Positions 1-7,562 of a stretch of 64,000 bases of DNA are shown here, one piece after another; position 1 is the stretch's first letter, and each line of letters starts with the position of its first letter. The position numbers and the translations under genes were made by a program. The DNA lies in contig CM041465.1 of NCBI GenBank assembly GCA_023213395.1, forward strand, positions 166,663,741 through 166,727,740. Direction: 5' to 3'. Below the pieces are notes generated by a model. The model made no database searches. It was not told where the DNA came from and worked only from the letters and a program-made list of their open reading frames with translations. Source of the stretch: Cycas panzhihuaensis. Lineage: Eukaryota > Plantae > Cycadophyta.

Positions 1-700
1 GGATATAGCTTGGCTGTTGCCATACTTCAAAGCCTAAGAAATAATGGAGAAGTCCAAGATCTGTCATCTCAAAACTCCTCTTCAAATCATCCTAGAGAAT
101 CTGTATCATCTTAGTGTCGTTGCCAGTGATCACTAAGTCATCTACATACAAGACAATGAAAATGGCATTATCTTTCCCAACTTTGATATATAAGTTAGGA
201 TCTGAAGTAGATCAATGAAACCCATGTCTGAGAAAGTAATCATCAATCTTTGAGTACCATGCTCTTGGAGCTTGTTTCAAGCCATATAATGCTTTTTTTA
301 GGCGACAAACTAAATGCTCCTTGCCTTGTACCTTGTAACCGGGAGGTTGTTCCAAGTATACCTCCTCTTGAAGATCGCCATTGAGAAAGGCGCTCTTCAC
401 GTCCATCTGAAAAAGTGACCACTTGCATTGAGCTGCTAAGGCCAAGATGAGTCTGATGGTGTTCATGTTAGCCACTGGTACAAAAGTCTCCTTGTAGTCT
501 ATGCCTTCCTTTTGTTTGAACCCTTTTGCCACAAGGCAGGCCTTCTAGTGCTTAAGTGTACCATCATAATGGAATTTGGTCTTGTAGACCCATTTGTAGC
601 TGATTGCCTGTTTGTGTTTAGGCAATTCGACCAAATCCCAAGTTCCATTTGTGTTTCTTCATCCATGGTAGCCTTCTAATTTTCATTTTTAGAAGCCTCC
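1..700 (-). pseudogene. copia #1 reverse transcriptase (partial)
   Basis: ORF 212-532 contains [18 protein letters not shown] and [16 protein letters not shown]; a YVDD codon run occurs near 140-150 on minus. Confidence 0.9.
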
Positions 701-813
701 TCAAAGGTGGAATGCTCATCAACACATAGCACTTCAACCATTAGTGCAAAATTGTTTTGTTGTCTGTATTTTGATGGATGTTTTCCTTCAATAATGTGGT
801 CGTCCTGCATTGT

Positions 814-1933
814 TTAAGTATACCATTTTGGTAACTTTTTAATTGATGTGACTTGAACCTCAAGATCTTTTGGTCTAAGTGGTTGATCAACAGAAGATGT
901 GCTAGGATCAAGTGGAGGTAAATCTGATGATGTGGACGGTCTAGTAGGTGTAGATGATGTACATGGAGTTGAAGATTGAGAGGGAAGGAAGGCATCAACA
1001 ATCTTTTTTCCTTTGTCAATGGGGGGTTGCATGGATGCTGTATGCAACTCCTTATGGTCTTCTTCAACAAAGATTACATCTCTTGAGAGATGCATTTTCT
1101 TTCCAATGGGATCATACAACTTGTAGGCTTTGCTATGAATGGCATAACCTACAAAGATGCAATTTAGACTATGCTTGTCTAATTTTGATTTTTGTTGATC
1201 GGGGATGTGCATATAAGCAGTGCACCTAAAAGTCCTCAAATGGATGACAGTTGGTTTTTTGCCAGACCATGCCTCATCTGGTGTGATGTCGGTGACTGTT
1301 GTTGTTGGACTTCGATTTGCCACATCGGCAGCTGTGTGGAATGCCTCTGCCCAGTAAGCTCGAGTGAGTCCTTTTGCATGCATCATTGCTTTGACTTTTA
1401 GCCAAAGTTCTATTCATTCTTTCGGAGACTCCATTTTGTTGAGGAGTGTGAGGAATAGTAAGTTGTTTCCGAATGCCATTATCCTTGCAGAATTGGGTGA
1501 ATTTGTTTGAAGTAAATTCAGCTCCATTGTCTATCCGTAGTGTTGTGATGGATTGGCCAGCCTCATTCTCCACTTCAAGCTTGAATTCTTTAAACTTTGA
1601 AAATGCTTCTAACTTATGCTAGATGAAGTAAATCCAGACTTTATGAGAGAAGTCGTCAATGAAGGAGATGTAGTACAAAGCTCCTCCAAAGGATGCGGTG
1701 GACATAGGTCCACACAAATCTGAGTGTACCAGCTGCAAAGGATGTGATGCACGCCAAGCTTTGCCTTTAGGGAAAGGCAAGCGATGTTGTGTCCCCATTA
1801 TGCACGCTTCACAAAGACATTTTGTGCCATATATCTTTGGAAGCCCATGTACTATATTTTTGTTCACCATCTGCTTAAGATTGTCTAAGCTCAAATGGCC
1901 TAGACGTTGATGCCAAAGTTGCATCTTGGACAA
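814..1933 (-). pseudogene. copia #1 integrase (GAG-pre-integrase + rve core), frameshifted
   Basis: ORFs 1619-1933, 1274-1573 and 814-1386 carry WHQRLGH, CEAC, HSDLCGPM, DNGAEF, QNGVSERMNRTL and WAEAF. Confidence 0.9.
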
Positions 1934-2573
1934 AGTTTAGGTGACAATGGAACCAGAGTAAGCAGAATCAAGTATTATGTTATTAGCATCCAATTTGTAG
2001 AGGCCATGATTTTCATATCCAACAGCTACTACTTGGTCATCTTTGTCAGTTATTACACATTTCCCATTTTTGAACAAAATGCTCATCTGTTGCTTGTCCA
2101 ATTTGCTAACAGATAGCAAACTCTTCTCCATGGAAGGTATAAAATAGGCATTGCCATTGGGAAATGAGGAGGAAGTGTTAAAGGTTCGCGATATCCTCTC
2201 CACTAATAGGGCGTCCTTTTGGTGTGACGCAAACTGTTCCTGTGGTGCACCCCGATCGTTGGGTCGAGTCCCCTCGAGGTCCTCCTAGAACCCGGGCCCG
2301 GTGCTCAATTCCCATGTGGTCAAGGAGTCGAGTTCTGTGGCGTTGTGGATCGTCACCGCGACGGGGCGTGTTAAAGGTTCGCGATATCCTCTCCACTAAT
2401 GGGGCGTCCTTTTGGTGTGACGGTAAACCGACTCTCCTGCCGTTCTGTATTCCACCCTTCGCGCCCCCGTGCCTGCCTGAAGTCCCTCCGTGGTCATGGC
2501 TGGGCCGGGCTATGTTGGAGCGTCGTGGTGTTCTGGCTGCCGGTACGGTGGAGCGGTTCACGTCACGGGGCGT

Positions 2574-2641
2574 TGTTAACAGCGTTCCCCTCTCCGTTGG
2601 AGGCTCGCCCGGGCCCCTTTTGACGTGATGCTAAGTTCACA
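2574..2641 (+). repeat. micro-LTR b (68 bp, TG...CA), followed directly by Met-type PBS
   Basis: TGTTAAC...TTCACA then TGGTATCGAGC (2642-2652; tRNA-iMet PBS TGGTATCAGAGC minus one A); preceded by CACGGGGCGT. Confidence 0.8.
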
Positions 2642-2871
2642 TGGTATCGAGCGGCCGGGTGCGACTCTGCTCGCTTACGTATTCCACCGGTGCGCCGTGC
2701 CAGGTGAATTCCTCGTGGTCATGCACGGCCGGGTTATACTGGAGTGCCGTGGTGTTCTGGCTGCCGTGCATGGTGGAGCGTTCTCCGCGACGGGGCGTGT
2801 TGAAGGTCTCGCCGAGCCCGCTCCCCCGAGGTTCACCCGGGTCCCTTTTGGGGTGATGGTAAAGCGTTTGT

Positions 2872-3171
2872 CTACGGTTTACCATACACCCAAAAGCCCC
2901 AGGGTGAGATAGGGAGAGGGCTCCGCGAACTTTAACGAGCCGTCACACGAGACCGCTCACGATACTCTCGGCAGTAACACCACGACGCTCCAACATAGCC
3001 CGGCCCAGCCATGACCACAGCGGGAATTCAGGCAGGCACGGGGGCGCGAAGGGTGGAATACCGACCGAGCACGAGAGTCGACCCGTGGCCGCGGCTCTGA
3101 TACCACTACGGTTTACCATACACCCAAAAGCCCCAGGGTGAGATGGGGAGAGGGCTCCGCGAACTTTAACA
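2872..3171 (-). mobile_element. complete 300-bp micro-element (LTR-PBS-internal-LTR), inverted
   Basis: LTRs 3106-3171 and 2872-2936 differ at 1 of 65 aligned positions; perfect PBS TGGTATCAGAGC at 3105-3094 (minus). Confidence 0.85.
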
Positions 3172-3484
3172 GGAAGGATTGGAAGGAGAATGGAATGGAG
3201 CGATTGTGCCTATACCAGAAATCTTGATAGATTCATTGTTGCTGAAGGTCAATGATTGACCTTTTCCTTGATGTCGCAGAGGAGTTCTTCACTCCTAGTC
3301 ATGTGTTGTGTAGCTCCAGAGTCAATGATCCAAGTTTGATCAACCTTGGATGAATGATAAGTACATAACAGTTTGTCCTCATCTGCAAACTGATTGAAGT
3401 GGCATTGATTGCCACCTCTAAACCCACCCCCCTTCCTCTTTGTTGTTGGAACTGCTGCTGTCTCTGACTTTGTTGACGTGGATG

Positions 3485-4309
3485 CTACTGTTGTTGTCGT
3501 GTGTGTTGTAGATCTGCTTGCTTCTTCCTACAATCAGGTGCTATGTGGCCAATTTTGCCACAATAATTACAAACAACATTGGTCTTTGAGGAACCAATGT
3601 TCATGTTCTCAAATTGCTTTGAAAGTGCAAGTTTGGGATTCAGCTTGGTCTTTGATTTGGCCGTGAATGCGCCTGATGTAGATGGTTTGTTCTCATTATC
3701 CTTGGTGTAAATTTGCTCCTCTTGAAGCAACAAGCTTTCAAGTTCATTAATTGACATTCGTTTGAGTGAACCATCTCGTGTGGTGGAAGAAATAAAGCCA
3801 TTGTAGCTCTTAGGCGAAACTTTGGTAATTGGTGTTATAAGCTCATCTCTAGTGGCAGGACTACCTAGTGTATTCAATTCATTACATACCTCCTTGATGG
3901 AGGAAAGGAAAACCAACATAGGCTTAACAAATTTTACAGAATAGAACTTGGCTTTTACCATCAATATGCGAGTTTCATCTCGCCTTTCATACAAAGAGGA
4001 TAAAATGTCCCATGCTTCCTTGGAAGTTTTTGCACACACTATATTTTGATCTATATGAACATCAACAATCATATTTAGGAATGCCAAAGCGATTTCATCT
4101 TTGGCTTTCCAAGTAGCAACAAGAGCATCATCAGGAGGAACAGTTACATCATCATTGATAACAGGTATAGGTTGGGGTATCCTTCCAGAAACATAACTCC
4201 AAAATTCATTCATTATCAAAAGATTTTGAGTGATCCTTTTCCATTCTTGATAGTTGTCTTGTCCTGTTAATCTGATGGTACATGCATTGAGCATATTAAT
4301 TGCAGCCAT
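3485..4309 (-). CDS. copia #1 gag (UBN2-type capsid + zinc knuckle)
   Basis: 274-aa ORF: LTGQDNYQEWK, AKTSKEAWDILSSLY, CNYCGKIGHIAPDC. Confidence 0.85.
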   Translation of the reverse strand: MAAINMLNACTIRLTGQDNYQEWKRITQNLLIMNEFWSYVSGRIPQPIPVINDDVTVPPDDALVATWKAKDEIALAFLNMIVDVHIDQNIVCAKTSKEAWDILSSLYERRDETRILMVKAKFYSVKFVKPMLVFLSSIKEVCNELNTLGSPATRDELITPITKVSPKSYNGFISSTTRDGSLKRMSINELESLLLQEEQIYTKDNENKPSTSGAFTAKSKTKLNPKLALSKQFENMNIGSSKTNVVCNYCGKIGHIAPDCRKKQADLQHTRQQQ

Positions 4310-6666
4310 GTTAAAGTTGTAAGGCTTGAAGTTAGCAGATAACTTGGAGACTCAAAGCTTTCGTCGCTTAAGTTCCACCTTCTAACGAAACCAACAGTTT
4401 TGATCTTACTAGAAGATCCAACAACTGAATGGAATGATGAGGGGTGGAGGACTAGGCTAAAGAGTTGGTCCAACCCTGATCTTTAGAGGAGATCTAATAG
4501 TTGGCCAAGTTAAATCTAGGACAAGGCAGGTAGGGTTGATCTGCATGGACGTATCATACTTTCCTTGGGATTCACAACCCCAATAACACCCTTTTCGAAC
4601 CTCGTTTCCTTCAAGCAACCTTAATTGTCGTGGCGGCACCGATCGGTTGGTCCCCTAGGGAATGCACCAAGCTTAAGGTTATTTCAGAGGCAAGGTTTGA
4701 ATCTTTTTCGGGTCTATCCAACAAGATTTTAAAGTCACTTTTTAAAGGATTAAAGTGGACTTAGGATTTATTTTACTTGGATGGTGTACTTATGAAAAAG
4801 TGTTTGATTAAGCTTATAATGAAAGAGGCTTCAAATGAAGCAATCTAGTACATCAAATGAACACTTAAAAGTGTTGTTACAATGAGCACTTAATGAAGTG
4901 AGAGTGCTATACAAATCCAAGTAAAAAAAAAAGAGATGCTTGAATACAATGAGTTTTGAAAGAAGAAGTACTTGAAAAAAATGCTAAGTACTCAATGAAG
5001 CAAAGCAAAACCTTGTGATGAAAGTACAAGTGGGTTCCTTTTAATGCTCAAGAGTGAAGAGAAGAGGACCACTTGCCAAATAAGAACACCAAGCACCAAG
5101 TGTTGGGACTTTAAAATAGTCTCAACGATTAACAAATGAAGCGATTTTATTAAGTAAGAAGTATTCTTGAGTCTTTGTTGTGACTAAGGGCAATAGGTCA
5201 CTATGCAAGGTGCCTTAAAAAGAGTGTTGAAATAGTGATAAATATCACTTTGACAAAGTATCATCACTTTAAAATCACTTTTAACAAGACTTTTTAACAT
5301 TTATAAACATGAAATAAGTGTAAAATAAAGCTTGAAATACATAAAAACAAAGGCTGAAATTCAATTTTTTTGCAATTTTGAGTAACAAGGACACCTCGCA
5401 GGGAGCCTTAATAAGCACCTTAATCAAGAATTTTTAATCTTCAAAGAAGAGAGAATGACTTTGTATCAACTTTTAATGAAGTTATTAAGAATCAATGAAG
5501 ATTTTAAACTCCAAAAGTACAAAAAAAAAAGTGATTTTTCTTTAAGAAAATGTAAGCTAAGGTCACCATGCAAGGTGCCTTGACTAAAAAATAGCTTTAA
5601 TGAAAGGGAAAAAATCACCTTTTGATGTGAAAAATCACTGAAAAGGCTTTAGTTTTGTCTTTCATTCACTAAAGTGAAGTCAAAGTGAATAAAAAACTAA
5701 AAATCATTAAGAAAACCTTTGAATTTGGCTTAAAAAGCGAATTTTTAATGATTAAAAAAAACTTGGTATAAACGTTGGACCAAGGAAAATTAGATAAAGA
5801 GGAATATTCTCAGAATATTTCAACATTGATAACCTAAGTTTGAAAAACAAAGGTTAAAAAGAGAAATTTTTTGAAATGAAAATCGATGGAGGAGTCGCCG
5901 CCGTCCGCGCGTCTGCGGAAATGAACAGATCGATCGATCTGTTTCTCTCTTGATCGGATTGTAGCCAAACTTCAGACGGAGAGGTGCAGTACTCGTACGG
6001 AGCAACCAATCAAATTTCACGAGTTGAGACTACTTGATAAGGGAGAACGGAGCAGTTGAGCCAAAACGGAGGGCGCACAAGCCAGTGAGAGAAAAGGACA
6101 GCTGTACGGCTATTTAGGGTTTGAAACCCTTCAACAATGCACCAAAAAATTTCTTTGAGGTTTGATACACCTGCATGTGAGTCAGTACGTGGACAACTAG
6201 TCTGATTTAAGAGAAAGAGCAAGAAAACTTCAATTTTTAAAGTAGAAATCACTGAAAACAGTGATAAATCAACCCATCTTTGTTAGAAAAAATGTAGGAT
6301 ATCAACTACAGATTAGAGATGTTAACCAAAGGATTGAAAAGACAACTGAATAACACAGATTTGCCCTTTTCCTTTTTTTTTGAAAAAATAATTTTTTCTT
6401 GAAGAAAAATTAAAGAAAAAACACTTTTTTTCTTTTTGAAAAAAATAGAGTTTTGCACCCTTGATAGAGGTTTGAAAAAATTTTAGAGCTGAAAGTAGCC
6501 TTGCTCCAGCTTTTAACACTGCTCCAGAAGCTTGAACCTGAAGAAAATAGGTCTCAACAAACCTTGGATCGCCTTCGGAGAGAGAAGGTCGTCACCAAGG
6601 GTTTGTAAACCTGCTTTGAATCTCCTTGAGCAGAAAAATCAGAACAGAGGGAACTATTCTCCTCTA

Positions 6667-6678
6667 GCTCTGATACCA
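6667..6678 (-). promoter_or_regulatory. primer binding site (tRNA-iMet) of copia #1
   Basis: GCTCTGATACCA = revcomp of TGGTATCAGAGC, 2 nt from the LTR end. Confidence 0.9.
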
Positions 6679-6680
6679 AA

Positions 6681-7227
6681 TGTGAAAATGGCCTAATGGC
6701 CTTACAATCCCAAGATCTAGAAGCTAGGTTCACTCTAGTTCTAGAAAGCAAATAAGTTAGACAAGAATGAAACTATAAGATCAAATATGAGCAAGATCAA
6801 GCATAAAGAGAAAGAGCAAGAAAATGATACCAAAGATGAGGAGTTGGAATTGGTCCAACCTCCAAATGAATAACAGTTTGATTAGCAAACTGGCAGCATA
6901 ACAATCTGACTCCAACTCTATGAGAACATTGAGTAGAGGTCTCATTATATAGAGTGAAAGGAGAGACCTAAGGCATTCGATGTTTGACAAGTGTCAAACA
7001 TGCAAGGTACATGCCTTGCATGTAGGACGTGTGCTTTTAGGGCTCTCAAGTGAGCAAAAGTGCATGGGGGTCCATTCGACCCTTTAGTGACAATGTTGTG
7101 TCACTAGGAAAGAATGTGGGTGTGCACTTTATCACTTAAGTGATAAGTCACCCCTAAAGTACAAAAGTACACATATTACATGAAAAATAAAGTACATTGG
7201 CTTAACATGTAAACATAAGGTTTAACA
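6681..7227 (-). repeat. 5' LTR of copia #1
   Basis: TG at 6681 next to the PBS; TTTAACA at ~7227. Right end is inferred because the partner LTR is outside the window. Confidence 0.65.
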
Positions 7228-7562
7228 CAATCTCTGCCCTTTCTACTTTGTATGATGCATTCTAGATACGAGGCATGTCATGCCTACAAATGAAACCCTT
7301 ATGAAGGCCAAACCTTTGGCTTTGAAGATCAAACCATAGGCTTTGACACCATGTTAGAAATATTTGAATGAAATGCTTTGGTATCATGTTGAAAATATTA
7401 TACAAGTAACCATGATACCATGATAAAGAAAGATGAAATGTGCACTAACTAAAATTACGAAAGAAATTGGAAGAACGATCAATTTTCATCTATTGCATTA
7501 GAATAGTCACATATTTATAGAAGTAATTTACCTCAGAGGTCTAATGAGATAAGAGAACTTCT

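Larger units (their letters stand above)
2176..3171. mobile_element. Non-autonomous miniature LTR-retroelement (TRIM/SMART-like) concatemer: three tandem + units and one inverted unit
   Basis: TG...CA ends; perfect 5-bp TSD GGAAG (2171-2175, 3172-3176). Six related ~66-73-bp LTR-like repeats start TGTT(A/G)A at 2176, 2369, 2574, 2798 (+) and 3171 (-), with the sixth (-, 2936) lacking the first T. PBS at 2642 (+) and 3105 (-). ACGGGGCG PPT-like tract precedes the internal + LTRs. GC-rich, no credible ORF. Confidence 0.85.
1..7227 (-). mobile_element. Ty1/copia LTR retrotransposon #1 (degenerate; 3' part runs off window start)
   Basis: On minus: LTR (6681-7227), Met PBS, gag with CCHC knuckle (CNYCGKIGHIAPDC), protease (WIIDSGAT), GAG-pre-integrase (WHQRLGH), integrase (HSDLCGP, DNGAEF, PQQNGVSER), RT ([22 protein letters not shown]). 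Copia domain order, with stops and frameshifts. Confidence 0.95.

Noticed and set aside
2178-2912. Overlapping 70-134-aa ORFs on both strands of the GC-rich insertion
   Set aside because: Expected from high GC; they cross unit boundaries, repeat with the units and show no recognisable domains.
2176-3171. DNA transposon/MITE with ~15-bp terminal inverted repeats
   Set aside because: The inverted ends are LTR 5' ends that also recur internally; PBS, PPT and TG..CA with a 5-bp TSD point to an LTR integrase.
2176-3171. Hammerhead retrozyme or Cassandra (5S-bearing TRIM)
   Set aside because: No CTGANGA...GAAA hammerhead core and no 5S A-box/C-box (GGATGGGTGACC) seen. Only loose similarity to the 5S 3' end (GAATTCCTCGTGGT, TGCACCCC).
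2176-3171. CRISPR array or bacterial contamination
   Set aside because: The 'spacers' are homologous and 125-170 nt long, there are no cas genes, and the block sits between a TSD in a plant retroelement.
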